64,000 nt of DNA, taken from contig CM082597.2 of the NCBI GenBank assembly GCA_040954595.2, forward strand, positions 8,452,343-8,516,342, given 5' to 3'. Below, piece by piece: positions 48,190 to 61,505 of the stretch; the first letter of the stretch is position 1, and each line of letters opens with the position of its first letter. The stretch is from Balanoglossus misakiensis. Its lineage: Eukaryota; Animalia; Hemichordata. Below the pieces are notes generated by a model. It saw only the letters and a program-made list of their open reading frames with translations, did not search any database and was not told where the DNA came from. The position numbers and the translations under genes were made by a program.

Positions 48190-51100
48190 GAAAAACACGA
48201 GATGTTTCAGACGCGCCCCAAGATTTTTACTTCGTCTTAGTTTCTGCTTCCTTGGAACTGGTAACTGTGAGTTACACGGGAGAGATAAAGCGGGCGTCCG
48301 GTCCGATTCCCGGCATCGCTTCAACGAAAGACGTCGATATCGGCGACGGCGTGCTGCTCGGAGTGAGCGAAGCAAATGAGCTACAGACGAAAGAATCCAT
48401 GTCGACACCCGGGTGGCAAATTATTCCCAACAGCTGCTGGATAAGTGCGGCTTGGTTCAATTCAAAGGATGAATTAGTTCTCGGCGTTAACTAAGACAAT
48501 ATGTTGGTTACAAGGCAGTCTTTATCAGGCGTTTGGCAAATACCAGTAAACAGCGGAGGGGTGCTTACTGTTGTCCTGGCGAATTTTATGATATTCGCCC
48601 TGTCCAGTGACAGGCACACCATCCTGATGGCAGATGTTGAATATCCTTTTGTGTGGGTGCATTCATTTGTGGCTGATGATGGTCCTCCTCTCGCCGACTT
48701 CACATTCAGGCCGGATGAAAAGTCTGTTCTCCCTCTGTACGTGGGTAACCTCTACCTGGCGATCTGTGCTGGGATTCCGACCACCACAGGGAGTACAGAC
48801 ACAGCAGGTGAGAAAAAGTGCCACATCAGAATGATATGAAATTTACAATACAAAACCAAATTCACAAATGTCTACCGACAAGTTCACTGTTGATTAACAC
48901 TAACTGCTTGACTGCCACACCCATTTCTCCCGTTCGTTCATTCCAGTATTATATGTTCTGTTGGTGGGGGTTGACAATAAACTGTACTCGTGTACGGGTG
49001 GCCAAGCAGAAGATCCCATGAATCTCGAAGACACTGAACCGATCACTGATGTCGCAGTTTATTAATTAATTAATCAATCAATCAATTTATTTATTTATTT
49101 ATCTACGTTGTGTGCGAATACTAGTATACTAACAGTATTGAAATCGGAATTTTTTCGTAGAACAACAATTTCTGTTCGTGGGAACGGACAATCAACTGTA
49201 CTCGGGAAATATATTGCGAGACAATATGAATCTTTTGGACACTGAACCGATCACTGATGTCGAAGTCTTGAGTACTGGGGATTTAATCGCCTTGGATACA
49301 GAGGGCAAATTGAAATCAAGAATAAGTGGCCAATGGACGGAGGCAATTTCAACTTCATGCTGCGCGATAGGCGTGGCCGTCGGTGCTGAGGATTTACTGG
49401 TCAGCGTCGGTACAGACAACAGTTTATACTCCTGGTCAAGTCAACAGTCATCCTGGGAAGGGCCAGTACAACACAGTTATGGGGTCATAAAAGTGGCGCT
49501 GTCTCCGACCAAGTCATGGCTGTACGGATTGACGTTGGAAGGTGACGGAATCGTTCTCGCGAAATTTCAAGAACCTTTCTGGGATAAAGTTGCAACAGAC
49601 GCTATGGGTAAAAAGTACTGCGATTTCACATTACTGACCGGCTCAACATCGTATGCAATCCATGTGGTAGAATCACAGACATCGCCTATAAAGTCTGTAG
49701 CTGTTACCGTTAATCCAGGCATTGGCCCTGCCAATTCATCACAAAGTTCAATTTATTATTTGGTCTACGTCAGTATTTTATTATAATTTTATGTCAGGAT
49801 TCCGTTGGCGTCACTGGAATCGGTGACGTCACCGCTGCCATTATTGGTTGTGTTATGTATGTTAGTGCCACATGTGTCAATATCCGTAATATCGTCTTCA
49901 ATTTCTGTAGTTTTGACGCAACCCGTATCAGCATGCTGATTGGCCAATTCAGTTTCGATTCCAGGTGCACTCAGAACATCTTTGTTAAGAGCATGTGGTG
50001 TAAAGTTAGGTGTTATTGGGAGTCAATTTCGTATGGGTGTTACCATTGTTGTCTGATTGACTTTCTCTATCGTCTATTTATTATTTATTTTTTAGTTCAT
50101 TTCCCTTTGATATGTCCAAGCTCTTATTTTACTTCAATCAACGAGTCATGCGTTTCGGTAATTTATACAGGTACAGAGCGCGAGGCAGATAGCAATGGCA
50201 CTGAATTTGAAAGCGGAGGTATGCACAACTAAGTTATAGAAAATATCACGATTGGACCAGATCTCAATATTTACAATAACTGTTGATTCAATTAAGTGTT
50301 TCATTTTTTTTTCATTTTGACAATCTTAGCGAGTTCCTAGAGTTACTAAGCCTTTCGTCTCCTTGTATTCGTCAGGAACTGGCGCAGATACAGACAGTAG
50401 TGCCTCTAGATTTGGAGGCGAATGTATGCCCTGCCCCAATACTAAATATATAGTTCGAGAGATTTTCGTTAAGTTGTGGTTCATGCCTGCATGTCCAGCA
50501 AGTGACTTTGTTTCGTGAAACTTGATGTCGGTTCAACAGTTGGCTCTAGCCTTCACCCAGAGGCTGTCACTCGACAGGGGTACCCTTCAGAATTTATCGT
50601 CCCACTTTGTTGCATCCCTGACTTTTATTTTATTGTATGTTTATTTCAAATTCACAGGTTCTGACGACAGTTTTCGTTTCGTATCCGAAGCAAGCACTGG
50701 TGGCTCAGACGCAGAGAATTCATGTTCGTTGTTATATCTCACCTCACCACTGTCAGATAATTTTCATCGTATTTTAGAATGTTGCGTAGGGGCGGCTAGC
50801 GCTGGTGGGCGGCTGGCTGGGTGTTTGAATGACTCTGACTGAAGCTTACATTCCTGCCAATCTTGTACCACTATCTTCCTTCAACTTCTTGCGTTTTCAC
50901 ACGTGGAAAAAAAAATACTCAAAACTTGTTTTCTCATTGACACAGTCCCTCAGGAAAGAGACTGCGTCATGAATAACGTGTGTTCATGTTAATTATGCTT
51001 TGAGAAAGATAAAGTCATATACGTAAGCCAGGCTTAGAAAAATGTTGTACCTTATTGTATATGTAGGTACGTAGGCCCTCGGTCACAACGCTATATATAC

Positions 51101-52380
51101 ATCTCTATTTTCACATTCTTCTCATAGCGCCAACTACGGTCGACAATCCAGTCCTCACTTCAATTGTCACTCATGCGCCGACAGCAGATCTACTGGCAGT
51201 TGGAAGCGACGGGAGTGCAGTCTACACTGGCAAGACTGTTGATAGAGGCACGTATGAATATGTCGGTGCACTTTTCATGGCAACCTTGTTGTATAATGAT
51301 AAAGTTAATGTGATATACGGTTCGGAATCGTCGGAGACCTTCGTGGATCTTTTATTGTAGTACAAAATCTAATATGAATTAATTCGGTGATGGTGTTAAT
51401 GTACAGTGTATTAAATTTCTGTAATGCAAGGTGCCTTGAAACTCCGTGTGCTTATATAAAATCGATTGCGTCACCACCCCCCCCCCCCCCCAAATATAGG
51501 AAACATGGCGATTAAGCGCGTACAGTTAGAGGTCTAGGGTAAATTGTAAAGCGTGTTTGTGTTCATTTATTTTCTGTTGATACTGTTTTTCCCAAGACAA
51601 CAATTTCTGCTCGAGATGATGATTACAGCGACAAAGCTATCAACCGATCGACGCCAGATTCACCAGAGATCAGAGGCACATTTACCCATCAATCCAAAAA
51701 CGACAGCATGCTGATACCGGGACAAGCCTCAAAGTCTGGTATGATAGCTGATATTGGAAGCTACGTTGTATCGCTCTTATTCAGTAAACAAGATATCGCC
51801 ACTGGCAGCTCTCTACGAACAAATGCGTACACCTGTTAAGCATTCAGGACGTTTTATTGCTCACTGCCAGTATTTCACATCATGCATTATTCGATCCAAC
51901 GTGACTCAAACATCGTCCAAGGCCGCCGCACACGAGGGAATTTTTAATAAAAAGGGTGAATTTTGCTCAGCAATTTTCTCTCGTGTACGGGCGATTTTTG
52001 GTGATTTCATTTTACTTTTGTGACGTGGATCCTAATATCAACCATGTTTGATATTTATTCATCGCCAGGAACATTACTCAAAACTGCCACACACGAAAGA
52101 AATTCGCTGAGTAAAATCCCTCGAATGATTTGTGTTCATCTGCGCCCTTTACATTACGTTTCATGTCTTTTTGTCTTTACCGAAAACCTATGTTCTGGTG
52201 AATCGAATGTCCTGAGCCAAACCATTTCTTTTATTACAGGAACTTTAAAATATCTGACTATTGTCGGAATTACTGTGGTTGCCGTGATCGCAGCGTCATT
52301 GATAGCATTCCTGAGAAGGAAATATAGAAAGAAGAAAGCCGAGGACGCTACCAAAGCAGGAGGAAACAAATCTACGTGTT
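48190..52380 (+). pseudogene. Multi-exon tectonin/tachylectin-like beta-propeller membrane protein (two propeller-repeat exons, Ser/Thr-rich stalk exons, TM segment, basic tail); in-frame stop at 48492-48494
   Basis: Repeats of type lgVgtDNqLy.....W..ipnS....vav (LLGVSEANELQTK..WQIIPNSCW; VGTDNQLYS; VSVGTDNSLYSW..WEGPVQHSYGV). Donor gtgag at about 48808, acceptor at about 49160. Small AG/GT-bounded S/T-rich exons at about 50171-50218, 50377-50420, 50658-50723, 51128-51247, 51597-51738. TM exon from about 52240 (YLTIVGITVVAVIAASLIAFL RRKYRKKK). ORFs 47931-48494 and 48501-48839 are in the same frame. The 5' exon was not located. Confidence 0.6.
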
Positions 52381-52507
52381 AGAGAAACATGGTTTATGAG
52401 TTTTGCCATTCATGGAACCGACATGTTAATTTGAATTACTAACCGTTTCTAGTCCTTTATTTGCGACGTTTTAGTGTAAATTGTGAGCATTGCGAAGATT
52501 GGCGATC

Positions 52508-52567
52508 ACTACACTACACTACACTACACTACACTACACTACACTACACTACACTACACTGCACTAC
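52508..52567. repeat. (ACACT)n microsatellite
   Basis: Direct reading of the pentamer array. Confidence 0.9.
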
Positions 52568-54090
52568 GGTACGGTACGGTGCACTGCAAACGTTTACATG
52601 TACTGTGTTTAGCAGTGGGAAGCAACTAGCAGTAACATCAGCAGCAGTAGTAACAGGGAGTCTGGCCATGACGTAGACATACAAACAGTATCAGAATCAC
52701 ATACGAGACGAGTGCACGGGAGAGTGCTGAGAGTGAACAGCAAAACCTGACTGGTCACAACTTTGAAGTCACCGCTCTTTCTTCAACTGGTACGGAATAT
52801 ATCGTAACAGGTGGTTGCATTTTACCGTCACCGAAACTAGACCACATGAATATGTATAAGAATTCTTCTTTTGAATGTGCATTACTGCAACGCAGTTTGG
52901 AAATCTAGATTACGCTTGGGGCATACTAGCGGTTCCCAGCTGTCGCAATAAATTATCTTCTACATCGATTAAGGCACAGTTAGTCTGTTCATTTTTTCAG
53001 ATTTGCTTTGAGATGATTTTTTCAAATGAGCAAAACATAAGAGTGCCACGAGGTCCTATAGGCACCTGTTGTCACATCTGTCTTGCACCATCTAAATGTA
53101 GGCATTCACTTTTTAGAAAGAAACAGCCAATATTTCTGAAAATAAAACCGTTCAAGTGTTTCCTGCATAATTTTGGAAGCAAATTACTTGCATTGAGAGT
53201 GCGGTGTCCGAAATGATATGTCATCTTGGTTTCACAATGGATGACAGTGCAACAGGTGGGTGAAAAACACCCTCAAAAAGGAGCCGGTGTTTGTAATGAC
53301 TTTCATGCACGCATGTAAAACATCTTTAAGTTGTTTCGAGAATAATACTTCTAGTTCTGATTCTTGTGTAAATAGAACAATAATACCATACCGCGCAAGC
53401 AAAAGACATCGCCGTACCCTACAACTGGTGTCGATCAGATATGGATTTGAACGTGTGGGGAAATTCAATACCAATGCCCTGACAGATGGCTTAGTCTTCA
53501 AAAGTTCGAAGAAATACAATGTGTGAACATGTGGATTTAAATAATTGCCACACCTCGTTGCCCCCGGTCTTCGAAAATAAAATCACAACACCATATAAAT
53601 TCTGTCCTTCAAGAACATCGCATTCCAGTTTACCCGGCGAGTGGGATAAAAGCTCACGCCTCTTGATTTACGACGTGGACACGAGTGACAAGTACGTACA
53701 TCTGTAAGACACGCTATTCTTTACTATCAATCACGTGATCTGGCAATGTGTCCCATGGCGCAGTCATTTCCAGATGACGGGCAAGCAATATTTCGGCACC
53801 CAGTAAAAGTTTTTCCGAGTATGTTTTTACTTTAGAACCGCCAAACACATAACATGTATCAGGTATGTTGTCTCATCAGCCTCATTGCATTTCGTCTGCA
53901 CAGTCTTTGTCTGCACCACGTAAGTCCACGTTGCTGAAGTTGCCCGTCATCTGGAAATTTGAATGCGACCGTAACTGCCACCTGAACGCGTCTGACGTCA
54001 TTTGATAGCGAAGAATAGATAGATGATGCTTCGCCTGTATATCTCAATTCCACTTTAATGTACATTATCAAATGCCTATTATCATATGCC

Positions 54091-56286
54091 TATATTCACG
54101 TGCCCATGTAAAGTCTATGGGGAAAAGCGCCCTCACATCCGTGCAGTTTTTTTGCTTATCACGCCCCGGCCCGGTGACCATATTTGGAAGACGCGTTCAC
54201 TATCCGGATCTAGTTTTGTGTTTATTGCGCGAGATTCGAAAGTTGTCGTTGCTACGTTCGGAATTTAATTTTTCTGGTGCGGTGTCAGTGACTAGTGCAC
54301 TTGCAGTGTGTGTACGTCCTATGCCGCTACCGAATCACATCCTCTTCCATAATCGCTGCATGTTGTAGAGCTTTATTTGGAAATATGAATAGTAAAATTG
54401 ATGATTTGATCTGATTAATGTGTGACTGTCGGCGTCGATCGACGCGAAGAAAAAATAATGTTTTGCTCGCGCTCGGCTGTGTGAGTTCGAGCGCGTCTAC
54501 ATCTCACGTGCAATAGAATGTAAACAAATGACATCAAGCATATCAATCCGCAAGAACTGGAGGAATACGGCTCTATGCTACGGGATTGATCACTTCAAAA
54601 CGATAGATAAAAACGTAATATTTACATTCCAAAATATTACATAATGTGTATTTTTATTAATTTCTTGTAGATTATCGTTCAATAAGGCATATGATAAAAC
54701 CTTTACGGCCCTGATACGGGTTTTGCGGCCCTCGGTCGTACGGCGATTCGCGCCCTCCCTGCGGTCGGGCGCTTCCGCCGTACGACCTCGGGCCGCAAAA
54801 CCCGTATCAGGGCCGTAAAGATTATATTCACGTGCCCATGTAAAGTCTATGGGGAAAAGCGCCCTCACATCCGTGCAGTTTTTTTGCTTATCACGCCCCG
54901 GCCCGGTGACCATATTTGGAAGACGCGTTCAATATCCGGATCTAGTTTTGTGTTTATTGCGCGAGATTCGAAAGTTGTCGTTGCTATGTTCTGAATTAAA
55001 TTTTTCCGGTGCGGTGTCAGTGACTAGTGCACTTGCAGTGTGTGTATGTCCTATGCCGCTAGCGAATCCCATCATCTCCCGTAATCGCTGCATGTTGTAG
55101 AGCTTTATTTGGAAATATGAATAGTAAAATTGATGATTTGATCTGATTAATGTGTGACTGTCGGCGTCGATCGTCGCGAAGAAAAAATAATGTTTTGCTC
55201 GCGCTCGGCTGTGTGAGTTCGAGCGCGTCTATATCTCACGTGCAATAGAATGTAAACAAATGACATCAAGCATATCAATCCGCAAGAACTGGAGGAATAC
55301 GGCTCTATGCTACGGGATTGATCACTTCAAAACGATAGATAAAAACGTAATATTTACATTCCAAAATATTACATAATGTGTATTTTTATTAATTTCTTGT
55401 AGATTATCGTTCAATAAGGCATATGATAAAACCTTTACGGCCCTGATACGGGTTTTGCGGCCCTCGGTCGTACGGCGATTCGCGCCCTCCCTGCGGTCGG
55501 GCGCTTCCGCCGTACGACCTCGGGCCGCAAAACCCGTATCAGGGCCGTAAAGATTATATTCACGTGCCCATGTAAAGTCTATGGGGAAAAGCGCCCTCAC
55601 ATCCGTGCAGTTTTTTTGCTTATCACGCCCCGGCCCGGTGACCATATTTGGAAGACGCGTTCAATATCCGGATCTAGTTTTGTGTTTATTGCGCGAGATT
55701 CGAAAGTTGTCGTTGCTATGTTCTGAATTAAATTTTTCCGGTGCGGTGTCAGTGACTAGTGCACTTGCAGTGTGTGTATGTCCTATGCCGCTAGCGAATC
55801 CCATCATCTCCCGTAATCGCTGCATGTTGTAGAGCTTTATTTGGAAATATGAATAGTAAAATTGATGATTTGATCTGATTAATGTGTGACTGTCGGCGTC
55901 GATCGTCGCGAAGAAAAAATAATGTTTTGCTCGCGCTCGGCTGTGTGAGTTCGAGCGCGTCTATATCTCACGTGCAATAGAATGTAAACAAATGACATCG
56001 CGCATATCAATCCGCAAGAACTGGAGGAATGCGCCTCTATGCTACGGGATAGATCATTTCAAAACGATAGATAAACACGTAATATTTACATTCCAAAATA
56101 TTACAGAATGTGTATTTTATTAGTTTCTTGTAGATTATCGTTCAATAAGGCATATGATAAAACCTTTACGGCCCTGATACGGGTTTTGCGGCCCTCGGTC
56201 GTACGGCGATTCGCGCCCTCCCTGCGGTCGGGCGCTTCCGCCGTACGACCTCGGGCCGCAAAACCCGTATCAGGGCCGTAAAGATT
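54091..56286 (+). repeat. Exact-length trimer of a 732-bp unit, each ending in a 120-bp GC-rich hairpin
   Basis: Units start at 54091, 54823 and 55555; hairpin ctttacggccctgatacgggttttgcggccc...gggccgcaaaacccgtatcagggccgtaaag at 54701-54820 and equivalent positions. Confidence 0.9.
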
Positions 56287-56591
56287 AGTATATTTGTAAA
56301 TGTCCGACTTTTTCGAGTATGCATCGTGATGGAGAAACGTTCATGAGACTATGCTTTTACCTGAAGGTGTCAACTGATGTTGGTTCGAGACCACTTTTTT
56401 CTACTTCTTTTGTGTGTGAGAAATTTTAACGACATTATCATTTGAATTGTTATCATTTTCATAAATCCAATTCATTTCAATATCTACGCTGCGTTTTTTA
56501 TCTGTCGGGTATAAGAAACATGCAGGGAAACGTGATCATTTTTCTTGTCGCGGTTCACCTGGGCAAGTCTGAATACGGAGGGTTAGGGTTG

Positions 56592-56856
56592 GGAATCCAA
56601 ATTTTTGGCCCAATTTTTGGGGTACCCTCAGCTGACCTTTGAAGTACTTACTGAAGTACTTACATAACGTACAAGTTCACTTTTGGTTGTTGTGTTCGTA
56701 CTTGTAGGACATCCATTTCGGGTGGTTGCCTACTTACCCACATCTCCACATCCAGAGCAAATACATCCTAGGCATTTGAATGGTACAACCCTGAATGGAG
56801 TCTAATGGTTATTATCTCTATGCTTGGGCCCCTTCAATGCTGCTTGCAGCTTTAAT
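56592..56856 (+). mobile_element. 3' fragment of the same Helentron-like family
   Basis: Near-identical to 47670-47921. Confidence 0.7.
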
Positions 56857-58664
56857 ATGATCTGATGTTTTGTAGTGTTGCTATAGTAACACTGTTAGTT
56901 GTCACCAGTTTACAGCTAGCGCACGGCCTTGCGACATTTGATGCAATAAATGTTGGATTGTCGCAACAAAATAATCTTTATGGGTCACTTTGACGCATTC
57001 TTACTGAGTGAGCAACAATATGACTGATTGTCATCTCCCGTACTTTTGCTTTGCGTCCACCTTTGCTTTCACTGGAACTTGTTACTCAGTTTCAATTTTT
57101 GATAATTTAGTGAACACAACTGAGTGATTTCACACCTTGCACAGCTTTAATCACCCTAGAAGCAACACAGCTCTGCACGCTGTCAAGACCAGTGCGCTGC
57201 CATTTTATTCAGTGCACAAGTTATCTTTACACAGGCGTCCTATAAATAGCATCAATAGCCTAGTAACACAAGCAACGCACTGAGCGAACGCGCATTGTAA
57301 CAACTTAGCTAAACTTAACAAATGATGAAGCAACTTTTGTTGGAGGTCATGCCAATGTATGTGCGTCTGCACAGGCTTATAAAATTAACAGCGGCCCAGG
57401 GCTGGTCATAATTGGACAGGCAGGTAAATTTCATCGTCACCTGCCCTGATTTATGCCAACTTGATAAGAGAAACTTTAAAATACTTCGCACTATTTAACG
57501 TAGTTTAGAATATGAATGGTATGATAACAAAAATAAGTATTATCAAAGCAATTAATCTGATCCTAAATGTTGATCTTTTTGCCCCAAAAACAATACACAA
57601 TAAAATTTCTTCACCAATGGCAGTACATAATTAACACACAATCTGAGATGTCTTAGGATATGTCCAATTTCTAAAAATTACATACATGTACCGGGTAGTA
57701 GGATATAAAATTTAACCCGCACTGAAAACTTGTGAACTTGGCATGAGCAGGCAGACTGTTTCATTGAGGATGGTATAAACAAGAGGGGGGGGGGATTCCA
57801 CTCTGGCAATTAGGGGGGACTGTAATAACTCTAGCTGGGCAGGTAAATTTTCAGAGTGTGTATCGAATGGGCAGGTAAGCAAGCAAACCAGAAATCTCAA
57901 GGCCTGACTGCATAACTAGAAAGCAGACTGCAGACACCCAATTATAATAATTTATATCGATGTTTAGTGGCCAGAGTGATGTCCAAAAACAGCTATGATT
58001 ATGGAAATTTTATGGAAATTAGCCCTGACTCTATGATTTTTTCCTAGGGAGAACCCTGTCCTGATATATTGTGCCTCGAAAATATGATTTGTTCCTCTTT
58101 CTAACCTGCTGCGGGTCACAATGTCCCCATGCTTTCAAAAGCTGCTGAAACATTGTGTCACCATGTTGTCTTCAAGAAAAAATTCACATTTCACTATTGG
58201 TATAATACTCTCTATTAGCACAGGGGGTTGCAAACATTAAAGTTATAAATGGCGGAGTTCTGATCTGCATTTCCCCACCTGTCTTATCATTTGCTAATCT
58301 AGAATACTAGTACAAGCTTTCGAATTTCCAATTAAGCACCTGTTAACGACTAAATCTGTGTGCCCCATGATTAAGTTGATAAAGTAAACATCGGTCAGCG
58401 AGTACTGGGTATAACAATGTTATCACACTTAGATGAATGATGAATTCATAGCTGAGTGTTATGTTGATAAATAATTTCACTATATGTTTTCAGATTTTCT
58501 TTACTACAATTCAGAGTACTTCCTTAACCCTTTCAGCCCCATTTCACTGTGTAAAGGTCCAACACTGCCATTGGAGAACAATGGAGTTATTAGTTCAGTT
58601 CAGTTCAGTTCAGGGAATAGATATCCTTCCGGATAATGAAACATCCCTCCTGGTAAAACATATG

Positions 58665-61470
58665 CTAGTGATGGTCGATACAATCTTTGTTGCGCTGGTA
58701 ACTGTCATAATTGTTCTTAAAGGAGTTGGTGCTGCTGGCGTTGACCACCCAATCCGGAAGACTGTTCCATTTGTTGACAACCCTCGGCGTAAATGAATAC
58801 TTTCTAATGTCTAGTTTTGTTGCAGGTTTGTGTAATTTGAAAGCATGACCCCTGGTTCTGGATAAACTGTTAATCTTGAAAGCAATATTACAAGAATCAA
58901 TGTCGTTTAGAATTTTGAAAACTTCGATCATATCTCCTCTCACTCTCCTATCCTTCAAAGTCGGTAGGTTCAAGGCAGACAGACGCTGCTCATAGGGCTT
59001 ATGTTGGAGTTGAGGGATCATTTTTGTTGCACGACGCTGCACCTGTTCGAGAATGTCAATGTCTTTTCTTAGCCAAGGTGACCAAGCCTGAACCGAGTAC
59101 TCAAGTCGTGGCCTTACCAGCTGCTTGTACAAACGCAAAATTATATCCTTGGATTTAAATAAAAGAGTTCTTTTCATCATCCCCAGAACTTTGTTTGCCT
59201 TTTTCGCTGCTTCTACACACTGTCGTGATGGTTTCAAGCTCCTATGAACAATGACACCCAGATCCTTTTCTTCATCAATACTTTCCAGTGGAATATTATT
59301 CATGTTGTAGATATGGTTTGGGTTCTTGCTCCCAAGGTGCATCACTTTACATTTTTTTTACGTTGAAGCTCATTTGCCAGTCACAGGCCCACGTGTGCAG
59401 CCTATCCAGATCTAACTGTAAAACTGTTCTGTCGTCTTAATTGCCAACACGGTTATATAGTTTGGTATCGTCCGCAAATTTCTTGATTGCTGATTTAATT
59501 CCCACATCGATGTCATTTATATAAATCAAAAATAGCACTGGGCCGAGGACCGAGCCCTGTGGAACACCACTAGAAACAGACTGCCACATAGATGAGACTC
59601 CATTTAGCACCACACGCTGCTCTCTATCAGTCAACCAAGCCTCTATCCACTTGGCAATTTGGCCTCTGATTCCATGACTGATTAATTTAGTACAGAGTCT
59701 ACCGTGAGGAACTTTGTCAAAAGCTTTAGCAAAATCCAAAAACACTACATCCACTGGGCCGTCCTCGTCCATGAACTGAGTTATCTCGTCTAGGAATTCC
59801 AACAAGTTAGTCATACAAGATTTTCCGTGGCAAAAACCGTGTTGTGAGTTAGTGATCAAGTTGTGCTTGTTCAAATGGCTAACAATCTGGTCCCTGATGA
59901 TGGACTCCAAAATCTTGCCGCAAACGCTGGTTAAGCTGACTGGACGATAATTACCCGGATCAGATTTTGCACCCTTTTTAAAGATAGGAGTAACGTTAGC
60001 TTTCTTCCAGTCGTCTGGGACCGCTCCTGTATCCAAGGAATTGTTGAAAAGCATTGTTAAGGGAATTGCAAGCTGCTCAGCACAGTTTTTCAAAACACAT
60101 GTAAGGATCCTGTCCGGGCCCGGAGCTTTAAAGGAGCATAAACTGCCTAGTTTCTTTGTAACAATATCTTGATTTATCAGTACATGGTGTAACTCATCCT
60201 CCTTTGGTAGATTGCCTCTTTTGTCTAGTCCAGGTATGCTCAGCATGTCCTCCTTCGTGAACACGGAAACAAAGAAGTGGTTGAGAATGTCTGCCATATC
60301 GCTGTCGTTGACGCAACGCAATCAATTGCTGCCAATTAAGGGACCTATTGTGTCCTTTGTTTTTTGTTTGGAGCGGGCGTAGGCAAAAAACGCTTTAGGA
60401 TTGTCCTTGATGTGGTCAGCCAGGTTATTTTCATAAAGTCTTTTTGCCCGTCTGACTTCTTTTATAACATAACTCTGCTGCTGTCTGTAAATTTGATAAT
60501 CGTGTGAGCTTCTGCTTTGAGTGTAAATACGCCACATTTTCCTTTTCTTCCTCACTTAATGTAGTACCTGTCTTGTCATCCATTGGGGCCTGGATCTCTT
60601 TTTTCGTGGCTTCAGTGGTATACATTGGGAAGATATTTCATTTACAGTGTCCTTGATGAATTGCCACATATTGTGTGCTGATTTCCCGGCCAAATTCTTT
60701 TTCCAGTCAATTTCAGCCAGTGCTAAGGACAATTTGGCGAAATCTGCCTTACGTAGATCAGGGACATATCCAGTTGGTGACGAAGTCACTGTCAAAACTT
60801 GCACCTCAAATTCAATTAACACATGGTCACTATTTCCCAGATGGCCGACTGCAGTAGTCTCACTTATCATTTCCGGTTCGCTGGATAGGACAAGGTCCAG
60901 GCAATTTCTACCTCTCGTGGGGAAGTCAACATGTTGAGTTAAAAAATTATCTTGTATGCAGCACAGGAACTCTTCACTTTGATTGTCAGAAATGAGTGAT
61001 GACCAACTGATACTAGGGAAATTAAAGTCGCTACATATAACAGTATGGTTAGCTGCCGCATGGGAAAGTACTTTATACAGATTTTTGTTGTTTTCCTCAG
61101 AGCTATTTGGCGAACGGTACACAACAACAAACAAAACAGGAGGAGTTTTATCTAAGGAAATCTCGCACCAGACGGAGTTTGTGAAGTTGTAGGCTTGAAA
61201 CTTTGTTACTTCCACTGCTGTGTAATCTTCCTTCACATACAAGAGTACTCCACCCCCTCGGCCGTTAAGTGTGTCAGTTCTATCCTGCCTAAATGGAACA
61301 TGGTAACCGTTAAAACATAGTTCAGCAGATCCGATATCAGCATATGTCCATGCTTCTGTGATGGCAATAACATCATAGTCCCCAACCGTGATTAACGAAG
61401 CGAGTTCATCCCGTTTGTTCATTAAGCTTTGGGCATTAGTGTAGATGCATTTTAGAGAGGTTTTCTTATT
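58665..61470 (-). pseudogene. LINE ORF2: AP endonuclease + reverse transcriptase, disrupted by stops and a frameshift
   Basis: LKCIYTNAQSL, IAITEAW, GGGVLLYV, YRSPN, SDFNFP, LDLVL, SDH (APE); KAPGPD, NYRPVSLTS, QHGF, DFAKAFDKV, VPQGSVLGP, FADD (RT). Stops at 60556, 60322 and 59437; frame change near 59350. Confidence 0.92.
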
Positions 61471-61505
61471 AGTATATACAGTATTTACATTATGTTCGAC
61501 TCCAG

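Noticed and set aside
54590-55832. Repeated 107-aa and 83-aa ORFs
   Set aside because: They arise from the 732-bp repeat, overlap a palindrome and are not preserved in all units.
57236-57260. TATAAATA promoter candidate
   Set aside because: No downstream gene structure to support it in AT-rich DNA.
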